Positions 25,272 through 37,104 of a stretch of 64,000 nt of DNA are shown here, piece by piece. Where the stretch lies: assembly GCF_006345805.1 (NCBI RefSeq), contig NC_043010.1, forward strand, positions 5,704,001-5,768,000. The letters run 5' to 3'. The first letter of the stretch is position 1; each line of letters starts with the position of its first letter. The notes under the pieces were generated by a model. It was not told the DNA's origin and searched no databases. It saw only the letters and a program-made list of their open reading frames with translations. This DNA is from Octopus sinensis (taxonomy: Eukaryota). Both the position numbers and the translations under genes were made by a program.

Positions 25272-25338
<67 letters not shown>

Positions 25339-25494
25339 AGGGCTTAGTAAAATAAATTACTTTGCCACAGTAATTTATTTTACTAAGCCCTTATATATAA
25401 TGTAATATTTTGAATTCGCCTAAAATGGTCCCTTTACATACTGAATACTTGGTGAAATTGATTAATAATTAATTAATTTTACCCTCAATTGTTG

Positions 25495-25537
<43 letters not shown>

Positions 25538-25710
25538 GTGTATGTGTGTGTCTTTGTATTTTTGTACTTGTGGTATGTCTCTGTAACTTAGTGGTTCAGC
25601 AAAAAGACACCAGTAGAATAAGTACCAGACTTAAGATTATTAGTACTGGATTGGTTTATTCCAAAGTGATGTCCAGCATGGCCACAGTTCAAAGACTGAA
25701 ACGAGTGAAA
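25125..25710 (+). mobile_element. Old SINE family A, internal TA tract invaded by the fold-back element
   Basis: Head at 25125-25270, tail at 25535-25710. Confidence 0.7.
25329..25500. mobile_element. Unclassified fold-back element, copy 1 (33 bp palindrome arms)
   Basis: Perfect arms 25329-25361 and 25369-25401. The remainder is homologous to the reverse complement of 40283-40380. Confidence 0.9.
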
Positions 25711-25716
25711 TATAAC

Positions 25717-25935
25717 AGACCAGCATCGGTTGTCAAGCGATGGTGGGGGTGGACGAACACAGACACAAAACATGTACATATATGTATATATACGACAGGT
25801 TTCTTTTAGTTTCCATCTGCCAAATGCACTCACAAGGCTTAGGTCAGCTTGAGGCTGTAGTAGAAGACACTTGCCCAAGGTGCCATGCAATGGGACTGAA
25901 CCGGGAACCATGTGATTGGGAAACAAGCTTTGCAT
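25717..25935 (-). mobile_element. SINE family A, partial
   Basis: Reverse complement of head and body. Confidence 0.82.
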
Positions 25936-26011
25936 ATATATATATTCAATGAATCTATTTTGCCAATAACTATATATATATTGTCTTGCATGTGTTTGTG
26001 TATATATATTC

Positions 26012-26400
26012 TTTTATTCTTTTATTCTTTTATTCTTTTACTTGTTTCAGTCATTTGACTGCAGCCATGCTGGAGCACTGCCTCAAAGGGTTTTAGTCAA
26101 TCAAATCAAACTCAGGACTTATTCTTTGTAAGTCTAGTACTTATTCTATTGGTCTCTTTTGCTGAACCACTAAGTTACATGGACCTAAACACACTGGCAT
26201 CAGTTGTCAAGCGATTGTGTGGGGACAAACACAGACACAGAATATATACATATATGTATATATACGACAGGTTTCTTTCCGTTTCCATTTGCCAAATCCA
26301 CTCACAAGGCTTTGGTCAGCCCGAGTCTATAGTAGAAGACACTTGCCCAAGGGCAATGGGACTGAACCTGGAACCATGTGGTTGGGAAGCAAGCTTTGCC
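26012..26400 (-). mobile_element. SINE family A
   Basis: Reverse complement with (AAAAGAAT)n tail. Confidence 0.88.
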
Positions 26401-26619
26401 TACAAGAGCAGTGAATCAGCAGAGTCATTAGATTATCAATAGAATACTTTGTTTTATTTGTTCTGAAATTCTGCACTTTGAGTTCAAATCCTGCCATGAG
26501 CAACTTTGCTTCCATCTTTTCAAGGATCAATAAATAAAAAAAAATGTACCAATCAAGGAATTATTAGAGCATTAGCCAAGATGTCTTCTGGTAAATTTTC
26601 TTGCTCTCTGTTTTCTCAC

Positions 26620-26668
26620 GGAAACGTTTGAAACATTTCTAGTGCCCAGCTGATTTTTCCTGCCTTTC
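26620..26668 (-). CDS. Candidate exon, unknown host gene
   Basis: Pyrimidine-rich acceptor ending ttttccaaag, donor TCC|GTGAGA. Phase 1 gives xKAGKISWALEMFQTFx; phase 2 is also open. Confidence 0.35.
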
Positions 26669-27020
26669 CTTTGGAAAATATCAGTAGCAGGGAGAGGAGA
26701 GATTAGCAAACAGGAACAACTGCTAAAACCAAGCTAATCAGACTTCACTAGACTATTATTCCATGTGCAGATACACAGACAGTTTATCACGGACAACAAA
26801 GGCCATCCATATTAAAAGAAGGAAGTCCTGAGATTGATTTGTTCAACTAAAACACTTTAAGGTGGTGCTCCAGCATGGCCACAGTCAAATGACTGAAACA
26901 AGTAAAAGAATAAAAGAATACACACACACACACACACACATGCTAGACAGTATATTTATATCAGAAATATTAAATTTCTAAATATCTCATAGAGATATGT
27001 TCGGTGGTGGGGTGATAGAA

Positions 27021-27269
27021 TGGTTGTATACTGCCAATTTAACGTGACAGTAGGGGATTACACTACTGCTGTTTAGCCCTAAGAAGCATCGACGTCTCCT
27101 GATGGCTTCGACACATTTTTTTCCTGGGGGTATTTGTCTCCCCTTCGTAAATATATAAGGACACAGGAAAAAAATGTGTCGAAGCCATCAGGAGGCGTCG
27201 ATGCTTCCTAAGGCTAAACAGCGGTGGTGTAATCCCCTACTGTCATGTTAAATTGACAGTATACAACCA
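27021..27269. repeat. Inverted repeat, 106 bp arms, 37 bp spacer (MITE-like)
   Basis: 27021-27126 versus 27164-27269, only a handful of transition mismatches. Confidence 0.93.
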
Positions 27270-27439
27270 GTATATTTATACTATTTGGCAAAATAAATTC
27301 CTTGAATATATAGGCAAAGCTTGCTTCCCAATTACATGGTTCTTGGTTCAGTCCCATTTCATGGCACCTTGGGCAAGGGTCTTCTACTATAGCCTGAAGC
27401 TGACCAAAGCCTTGTTAGCGGATTTGCAGATGCAAAAGA

Positions 27440-28320
27440 GACCAATATGATATGCCTTTCGAATGTCGGTTAAAGGGTTGATGGTTTGTGTTCTGTTATC
27501 TATGATGAAAGGTGTTCCATCCGTTATCATCCCATGTTTTATTCATACAATCTAACTAGACCCACATTATCAAATATATCCTTCCATATTGTTGTCCTTG
27601 TTGTTTAGTCCCCAGCACTGATCCAGCAGGCAGATCTATGATCAAAGATGTTCCAGCGGTGACCACCATATATTTTGTATGTCAAGGGCTATCTCTTTTA
27701 CTCTTTTATTTGTTTCAGTCATTTGACTGTAGCCATGCTGGAGCACCACCTTTAATCGAGCAACTCAACCCCGGGACTTATTCTTTGTAAGCCCAGTAGT
27801 TATTCTATCGGTCTCTTTTGCCGAACCGCTAAGTAACGGGGACGCAGACACACCAGCATCGGTTGTCAAACACAGACACACAAACACACATGCACATATA
27901 TATATACATATATACGACGGGCTTCCTTCAGTTTCCGTCTACCAAATCCACTCACAAGGCTTTGGTCGGCCCGAGGCTATAGTAGAAGACACTTGCCCAA
28001 GGTGTCACGCAGTGGGACTGAACCCGGAACCATATAGTTGGTAAGCAAGCTACTTACCACACAGCCACTCCTGCGCCTATGTTATCAAATATCTCTTTCC
28101 ATGTAGTTGTCCAGTCCCCACGTTAATGTAAATTCAGAGACAAACTTTAGACCTATAATCAAAGATGTTCCAGAAATGACAATCCCATTTTTTATATATT
28201 ATAGACTTACCTTACCCAATATGTCCTTCCAATTTTTTTTTAAGTTAGAAGTTTGTGATTTGAGGGAGATTTAACTGTTATTTCTAGCAGTTCGAAAGTT
28301 CTACATAAGAGGCTTCCTCA
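27440..28320 (-). mobile_element. Family F repeat, modular, interrupted by a family A SINE
   Basis: Module CTAT(G/A)ATCAAAGATGTTCCAG occurs twice; end GAGGGAGATTT..CTGTTATTTCTAGCAG is shared with 28800-28985. Confidence 0.55.
27698..28080 (-). mobile_element. SINE family A, full length
   Basis: All modules present on the minus strand. Confidence 0.93.
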
Positions 28321-28799
28321 TCTCTGGTTTATGCTGTTCAGTATGAGGATGAGGAAGGAGGGAAAGGAAGATAAATGACAGTTTGGATTAAGACAGGAAA
28401 CGGGGTGAGGGCTGGGAAATAGGGGGTGGGGAGATTGAGAAAAAAAATATATAAACAGGAAGAGAAAGTGAATAAAGAATATTAAGAAGTGAGGTGGTGG
28501 TGGGGTGGGTGGCAGGATGGATGAAGGCCAGGCATTTAAGAAAATGATGTCTAGATAGATAAGTGCAATTTTAGGAATAAATGGTAAGAAGTGGTTGTGG
28601 GGAGAGGAATATATAACAAGTAGTTCTAGGGAATATAGATTATACAGAGTATAAATAATGAGGAGGAAGAGGAGGAGGTTGTTGTCATTGTTGTTGTTGT
28701 TGTTGTTGTTGTTGTCGTCGTTGTCGTCGTTGTTATTGTTGTTGTTGTTGCCGACAACGATGACGCCGATGACGATGATGAGGATGATGATGATGATGT

Positions 28800-28985
28800 T
28801 GTTGTTTAGCCCATGGTCAACTCTGATCGAGCAACCCTATGATCGAAGATATTCCAAATATGGCCATCCCACTTTTCTTCCAATGTACTGGGAACCTCAG
28901 GAGTATATCAACCAATGTATTCTTTTTTTAATCTTATAAAGTGTGATCTGAGAGAGATTTAGCCTCTATTTCTAGCAGGGATAAA
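28800..28985 (-). mobile_element. Family F repeat with (AAC)n tail
   Basis: GTTGTTGTTTAGCCC end, CTATGATCGAAGATATTCC, GAGAGATTTAGCCTCTATTTCTAGCAG. Confidence 0.55.
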
Positions 28986-29219
28986 AACATAAAAAAACCA
29001 TGCAGAGACACCATTAGGGGGGTTGTAATATGGATAATTTCTAAAATATAAGAACAAGACTATAAATTCTTTTAGGGGTTTTTTGGGGGAGGGGGCGGGC
29101 GGGGGGGATGTGAATAGTTGATTATAATATGCATGATGGGTAATTATTCTGTCAAGCCTGGAAAACTTTATGTTACTGGCCTACTGAATCAAAGTTAGCC
29201 TGGGGCTAAACAACAATAT

Positions 29220-30030
29220 TAGATAACAACAACAACAATGATGTCAACAACAGCAGCAAGAACAAAAACAGAACAGAAGTAAAAATAAAAAACAACAAAA
29301 AACGTCAATAACGTAAACAATAAAACCAGCAGCATGAGCAGAAGTAGCAGCAGTAATAATAATAGCAGTAGCATCAACAACAACAGCAGCAATAACAACA
29401 GCAACAACACCACTACCACCATCACCACTGCCATCATCACCACCATTACCACCACCACCACCACCACCATCACTACTGCCACCACCACCACCACCACCAC
29501 CACCACCACCAACACCACCACCACCACCACCACCACCACCAACATCACTACCACCACCACCACCACCACCACCAACATCACTACCACTGCCATCATACTG
29601 CCACTACCACCACCACCACCACCACACCACCACCAACATCATCACTACCACTGCCATCACTACTGCCACCACCACCACCACCACCACCACCACCACCACC
29701 ACCACCACCACCAACATCACTACCACTGCCATCACTACTGCCACCACCACCACCACCACCACCACCACCACCACCACCACCACTACCACCACCACCACCC
29801 CACCACCCCACCAACATCACTACCACTGCCATCACTACTGCCCCATCCACCACCACCACCACCACCACCACCAACATCACTACCACTGCCACCACCACCA
29901 CACCACCACACCAACATCACTACCACTGCCACCAACCACACCACCACTACCACCACCACCACCACCACCAACATCACTACCACTGCCATCACTACTGCCA
30001 CCACCACCACCACCACCACCACCACCACCA
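29220..30030. repeat. (AAC)n/(ACC)n compound trinucleotide array with a recurring higher-order unit
   Basis: Recurring CCAACATCACTACCACTGCCATCACTACTGCC separated by (CAC)n runs. Confidence 0.93.
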
Positions 30031-30575
30031 CCCTTCATTTTTCCCTGCCCTGACAACTAACTTCGTATATCATTTCTCACCTCACCTACTTTCCTGACCT
30101 TTTACTAACCTCAGTCAACTTTCCTGATGACACAAGATCACCTACACACACACACACACCCACACACACACACGCACACACACGTACTTGTACATGCACA
30201 CACACACACACCACCACGTACTTGGGCGTGTACACACACATACACACAAGCATTTGGAGATGCTCTTTCACACAAAGACCACCTAACTCATACTGGATGA
30301 AATAACAAAAATTAATGTAAAACCCATGTAAAAACACACACTCACACACACACATACACATGCTTGCACATAAATGCACGTACACACATGAAAACGTACA
30401 TCCACCCATCCATACATACATACATACGTACATGCGTGCGTACGTACATAAATACATACATTCATACATACATACATACATACATACACACATACACACA
30501 TACATACATACACACACATACATACATACATACATACAAACATTCATACATACATACATACATACATACACACAC

Positions 30576-30608
<33 letters not shown>

Positions 30609-30665
30609 CATACATACATACATACACACACACACATACATACATATATATATACATACATACAT

Positions 30666-31091
30666 AGACGCAGGAGTGGCTGTGTGGTAAGTAGCTTGCT
30701 AACCAACCACATGGTTGCGGGTTCAGTCCCACTGCGTGGCCTCTTGGGCAAGTGTCTTCTGCTATATCCCCGGGCCGACCAATGCCTTGTGAGTGAATTT
30801 GGTAGACGGAAACTGAAAGAAGCCTGTCGTATATATGTATGTATATATATATATATGTGTGTGTGTGTGCGTGTTTGTGTGTCTGTGTTTGTCGCCCTAG
30901 CATTGCTTGACAACCGATGCTGGTGTGTCTACGTCCCCGTAACTTAGCGGTTTGGCAAAAGAGACCGATAGAATAAGTACTGGGCTTACAAAGAATAAGT
31001 TCCGGGGTCGATTTGATCGACTAAAGACGGTGCTCCAGCATGGCCACAGTCAAATGACTGAAACAAGTAAAAGAGTAAAAGAGTAAGAGTA
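30666..31091 (+). mobile_element. SINE family A, full length
   Basis: All modules present. Confidence 0.93.
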
Positions 31092-31341
31092 TACATACAT
31101 ACATACAAGAGGATGCTGAAAATTCTTGGCTTTGGGTAAAAGAAAATTACAGGAGGATCAGTTAATTATGGTATTATTCAACATATTCCCTTCTCAGATT
31201 TACACGCTTATTGCAGTGGTCCTTCAGTTTTTCTAAGCCCTGTAAAAGAACCCAGAAGGTAGGGCCTCCAACCAGGCCTTTCATGATACCCGTACAGCCA
31301 GGAACTTTTCAGCCCACCCTTATACATTGATACATACATAC

Positions 31342-31592
31342 TCTTTTACTCTTTTACTTGTTTCAGGCATTTGACAGTGGCCATGCTGGAGCACCACCTT
31401 TAAGTCGAGCAAATTGACCCCAGGACTTATTCTTTGTAAGCTTAGTACTTCTTCTATCGGTCTCTTTTGCCAAACCACTAAGTTACAGGGATGTAAACAC
31501 ACTAGCATCGTTTGTCAAGTGATGTTGGGGGGACAAACACAGATGCACAAACATATACATATGCATACATATATGTATAATATTATATATAC

Positions 31593-31639
<47 letters not shown>

Positions 31640-31770
31640 CACAACACACACAATACATTATACGATGGGGCTTTCTTTCTTTCCGTCAACCAAATCCACT
31701 CACAAGGCTGGATGCTATAGTAGAAGACACTTGCCCAAGGTGCCATGCAGAGGGACTGAACCCAGAACCA
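31342..31770 (-). mobile_element. SINE family A, head truncated
   Basis: Reverse complement of body and tail. Confidence 0.85.
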
Positions 31771-31788
31771 TATACATACATACATACA

Positions 31789-31819
<31 letters not shown>

Positions 31820-32059
31820 GCACAGATAGGTACACTGACAAACAAGCTGACAAAAAAATGGATATAAAGACAGACATATTTTGAAGAAGAAGCATTGCTA
31901 TGTGGTTAAGCTATTTGCTTCCCAACCATGTGGTTTTGAGCTCAGTCCCCTTGCATAGCACTTTTCACTTGTGTATTTTACTATAGCCCTAAGCTTCAAT
32001 GTATTTTGTGAGCATATTTTGATTGACAGAAAACGAAAGAAGCCTGTCAAATATGTCTA

Positions 32060-32835
32060 TGAGTGGCTGTGTGGTAAGAAGCTTGCTTCCTACCTATATG
32101 GTTCCAGGTTCAGTTTCACTGCATAACACTTTGGGCCTTGGGCCAACCAAAGCCTTGTGAGTGGATTTAGTAAACAGAAACTGAAAGAAGGTGGTGAGGT
32201 GGCAAAGGTGGTGAGGTAGCAGAAACTTTAGCATGCTGGTCGAAATGCCTAGTGGTATTTCGTCTGCCATTACGTTCTGAGTTCAAATTCCACCGAGGTC
32301 GACTTTGCATTTCATCCTTTCGGGGTCGATTAAAGAAGTATCAGTTACGCACTGGGGTCGATATAATTGACTTAATCCGTTTGTCTGTCTTTGTTTGTCC
32401 TCTGTGTTTAGCCCCTTGGGGGTAGTAAAGAAATAGGTATTTCGTCTGTCTTTACATTCTGAGTTCAAATTCCGCCAAGGTCAACTTTGCCTTTCATCGT
32501 TTCGAGGTAGATAAATTAAGTACCAGTTATGCACTGGGGTCGATGTAATTGACTTAATCCCTTTGTCTGTCCTTGTTTGTCCCCTCTAAGTTTAGCCCCA
32601 TGTGGGCAATAAAGAAATAGGAACTGAAAGAAGCCCATTGTGTATATATGTGTGTGAGTGTGTGTATATTTGTGTCTATGTTTGTCTCCCGACCGCTGTT
32701 GCAGTTCAGCAACAGAAACTGTTAAAATAAGTGCTAGGCTTAAAATGTGGGTCCTGGTGTCGATTTGTTTGACTAAAGTCCTTCAAGGCAGTGCCCCAGC
32801 ATGGCCACAGTCAAATGACTAAAACAAATAAAAGA
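32060..32835 (+). mobile_element. SINE family A interrupted by a dimeric family B SINE (32189-32621)
   Basis: TSD AACTGAAAGAAG at 32179-32190 and 32622-32633. The second B unit starts mid-head at GGTATTTCGTCTG. Confidence 0.88.
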
Positions 32836-33229
32836 TATATATGTGTGCTTGTTTGTTGTCATATGTATATGTATTTGAGCTCATGAGTGTGTGTGTGTCT
32901 GTGCCCTTATCTCGATACAGTGTGATAGTTGTAAATGAATGTCTCAGTCACACAAATGATGGCACTGGTTTCCAGTCTTCTGTGAAGACATGTCAGGCCA
33001 GGGGAGAAATATTACCATCTTCAGAAACAGTTGAGGATTGCTGACAGAAAAATCATCTGGCTTGACTCATTCCAGCTAACCCATACAAGTATGGAACAAT
33101 GAATGTTAAAGTGATATATATATGATTGATTGATTGATTCTAGTTTCAGCTCATGAGCTGTGGCCATGCTGGGGCACCGCCATTTGGTGTTGCTACTTGG
33201 TTTCACTTCATGGAGGCTTTCTAGCAACT

Positions 33230-36160
33230 GCTATTTGGTGCATGAGAGAGTTCGATGCAGCTGCCCTCATCTGCCCCTCCTGCCGTGAAGTTGGTTCATC
33301 TGGGACACCTGACAGGAAGAGATCCATCCAGCTCATTTTAAAGACATCTGTATCCACCCCATGCAGGTCTCTCAGGTTCTTCGGGAGGATATTGAAGAGC
33401 TGTGGGCCTCGGAGCCCAGGCTATCACAGAATCTTGTCCTACATCTTGATGGCAGGTTTGGAGTCCTAGGCACTACGCAGTGGCGCCCAGTTCTGGCATT
33501 TGCGTAACTCTCGATGCCAAAGTTCAGGACACTTCCCTCCAGATCTTCCAGATGTATATTATGGCATATCTTTCCCGCCTACGCTCCAGAGAATATAATT
33601 TTAATCTCTTGAGTCTTTCCCAGTAGCTTACATTCTGCATAGAGGCTATCTTCTTTGTGTAGTTCGTTGGATCGCCTCAAGTTCTGTGATCAACTTGACA
33701 CTGGATGGTGACCATAGCTGAGAGCAATAGTCAAGTGGCTTAGGACAAGTGTCTTCCAGAGGACCATCATGGTTTTTGTTCTCTTGTTCTAAAGGTTCTA
33801 AGAATCCATCCAGCCAGCCGTCTACATTTCATTGTCAGTTTAGCAGCAAATGTACATGAAAGGCGCGCATCACTCATGTGAATACCCAGGTCACGCACTG
33901 ATTGTGCCTCTGGGATTGCAATCCCTCCGGGTCCAGTGTATTCATTGGGTATGCATTCAGTTTTGCATGCTGATAGTGTAAAGCTTGAAACTTTCCAGCA
34001 TTGAACTGCATGCTATTCTTTTCAGCCCACTTGTATATTTCGTCCAGCACACATTGCAGGTGTTTAGTGTCCTCAGGGTTCTGTATTGCCTGTGAAACTT
34101 TTGTATCATCTGCATAACTTGTGATCGTGGCTCTCTGCGTGGCTGAGGGCATGTCTGAGAGGGCCATTATGAACAGTAGTGGTCCCAGAACAGTGCCCTG
34201 CGGAACACCGCTCACTATTGTGTGTTAATGGAGGTGGCCCCATTGGCTACTACCACCTGACTTCTATCCTCAGAAAGTCATGAAGCCATTCTCCCAGTTT
34301 TCCAACTATGTTGAGATCACGCAGTTTGTGACATATCATTCCATGATCGACTTTATCAAAGGCCTTGCAAAGTCGAGATATATCACTTCCACATTTGAGT
34401 GGTTGAGCAGCCGTTTCAGCACCCAGTCATATAGTGTTGTAGGAGCTGAGTTAAACAGCTTCTCCCTGGTCGGAAAACATGTTGGGTGTCGGGCAGCAAG
34501 TCATTCTCTTCAAGGAAGGTGATCAGCTTCCTTCTGACTATTCGTTCCATGACCTTGCTGATGTGTGAGGTCAGAGAGATAGGTCTATAGTTCTTGGCTT
34601 CCGCTCTGCTACCTCTTTATGAATGGGGCATATTTTACCTTCCTTCAGTTTCCTGGAAGTTTGCCAGCTGCAAGGAAGCTCTGAAAGAGGAACTGCAGTG
34701 GTCTTGCTAGGACTCTCTTACATGCTTTTAGGAGGATTGCCGGGAATCCATCGGGGCCAGTAGCTGAGTCTGTTTTCATTTCATCTATAGCCTTGGTTAC
34801 ATCGTCTTCCTTTATATCGATGTAATCTATCGTCGCCGCCTCTGATTTTATATCTGCAGTGGTAAAAAAGTCAGTTGGATTGGTGATTTGGAGATGCCCA
34901 AGGGTGGAGTGAAAACACTCTTGAATTGCTCATTCAATATTTCACTTACCCTCATTGGTTTCCTGTAAGTGTGCCATCCTTTTCGAGGAGTGGCCCTATT
35001 CTACAGTGCACTGTAGCTGTTTCTTTGGCATACTGTAGAAAGCTCTGGGGTTAGATTTTATGTTTTCTATAGCCCAGGCTTCTTGGTCTGCTCTTCTTTT
35101 TCATGGGAGAGTTGCAGACATTTTTCGATTTCCAACAGTTTTATTTTTAGGCGGGACTTTTCACTGCTTTCAATCTGTTTGTTTAGGCGATTTGAAAATT
35201 TCGTACGCCGTCTCATTAAAATTTTCCTCTCTCTGGGATTTTGTTCTTGTGTACAGTGGCCTTTCTCTCTGGGACACATTTGTAGCATATGGCTTGCATT
35301 ACAGACATGAATGGTGAAAGTTTCACGTCGATGTCCGGCGAGGAGAGACATTTAGGCCAGTTTTGTTTGAGGATCTCTTTCTCAATTTGTTTCCAGTTTG
35401 CCATATGGTAGTTCAAGCTGGAAAGATTTTGAGGGTTTCTTGTAGGCTGCATGTCCGTGCTCTCTTTTGGCCCGTACATGTCAGCTCTATCATGTTGTGA
35501 TCCGAGAGTAGTGTCGGTGTCACTTTCACATTATGGATGAGATCCATGTCATTTGTGAAGCAGAGATCCAGTGTGTTACCTGCCCTGGTTGGTTGGAGTA
35601 TTACCTGCTCCATGTACAGGGTGTTGATGAGGTTCAGGAGGGACCTCGCCCTGTCCTCGTTCACATCTTGTCATTCCTGGGAGAGAAAGGCCCTCGGGCC
35701 ATCTGACATTGGGCAGATTGAAGTCTCCATAAGAAGCACACCTATGTGTTGTTCTAATGTGGTTAGAATTTCTTCTATTTTTATAAGGCAGTCTTCAAAC
35801 TTGCCCACATGGCTTGGGGCATCTGGAGGGCGATATGTAGCACACACAACTACATCAAGTTGCCTAATATGTACAATTAGTGTGTCACACACCGAGTTTG
35901 AGTATGACAAGAGGACCTGGGGGGTGAGGTCCTCACGGATGTACATAGCAACACCTCATGACTCCTTTCTTCCTGTCGGTCCGTAGTAGTACAGCATACT
36001 GTGGTATGTGTAACTCCGCATCTGCTATGTCCGGTTTCAGGTGCGTTTCTGTAAGTGCTATGCATAAGGCTTGATTGCATGCAACAAAGTCTCTCAGGAA
36101 CGGGATCTTTGTCCTGTTACTGAGTTTTGCAGTCCTCTGATGTTCAGTAGGAGTATCGAG
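33230..36160 (-). pseudogene. LINE ORF2: APE endonuclease plus reverse transcriptase, frameshifted
   Basis: SILLLNIRGL, YRPPDAP, TRAGNTLDLCFTND, LSDHNMI, YRPISLTSHISKVMER, YLDF..AFDKVDH, SGVPQGTVLGPLLF, YADDTK, LEYCSQLWSP, RGPQLFN. Confidence 0.93.
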
Positions 36161-36338
36161 GTGAGGTGTACGTTGTTGCCGGCGGTGTCCATCCTGTGTC
36201 TGTTTGCTGTGGTGGTCTGGTATATAGTGGGTAGTCCCACCTGCGGGCTTGGGTTTGATGAAGCCAGGTCAGCTGCTGTACAATCTTTTGTGCCATGCAC
36301 AAAAAGATTGTTGCTCAGCAGCTGCTCTTTCGACCACA

Positions 36339-37049
36339 TCATGTGGCTGTTTGTGGCGCGCACAACATCTGCGTACCTCCGCTTTGGGGCAGGTGGTGCG
36401 TGGTCCATCCCTTTTCTTTGTTTGATGGTTTGTCCATCTGCCTCGTGTCTCTGTGGCAGGGTCCCCGATGTGCAAAGCGGCAGCCTGCACCTTCCTTTCC
36501 ATGCCAGCAGGAACCTCTCAGGTAGAACATACACACCCGTGTGCGCTGTTTGGTTCCATCCTTTGCGGTTCCACTTCTATTTCTGGTTGTTTCACACTTT
36601 GGTCCTGCTTGAGCTTGTTCTTTTCCTTTAGCTCTTCCAGTCCTTCTTTTAGTTCTTCTTCCTCCCTCTACCTCTTCACCGGGTTCTCCGTCTCCATGGC
36701 CCTTGCTGCCGGTGGAGAACTTGCACCTGGGTCACTTCCCGGGCAGGTTTCTCATTCAAAACCTCCTTCCGGGCGTCCACCAGGTGGGGGTGACTTCTTT
36801 CATCGTCTCCATTCTTGCCATCTTTGCTCCGCTCGTTCTCAAAGATGGCATCAAGTGCGCCAATGTGCGACCGTACAAGCGCATATGAGCGCACGAATTC
36901 CTGTCTCTTTCGCTCCATCTGAGCCGCTGTCCTCTGTAGCCTCTGCTCTTCAGCGCAGCCGCAATCACCTCGCTAGGGCTATCTCCGCCGGCGCACTCCC
37001 ATGCTCGTACGAATAAATCCAGCTCGTCACGTCTCCATGCTCTGGACAT
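36339..37049 (-). pseudogene. LINE ORF1 with a CCCH zinc finger, frameshifted
   Basis: ATG at 37049; basic region; CMFYLRGSCWHGKEGAGCRFAH (C-x7-C-x8-C-x3-H). Confidence 0.7.
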
Positions 37050-37104
37050 GCTGGATAATCCGTCTATCCGTTTATCTATCTAATTATGTTCGAGAGAAGA
37101 CAGG

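Noticed and set aside
29219-30053. Poly-Thr/His/Pro and poly-Val ORFs (also 49746-50554)
   Set aside because: Trinucleotide arrays open in most frames on both strands, with no splice or homology support.
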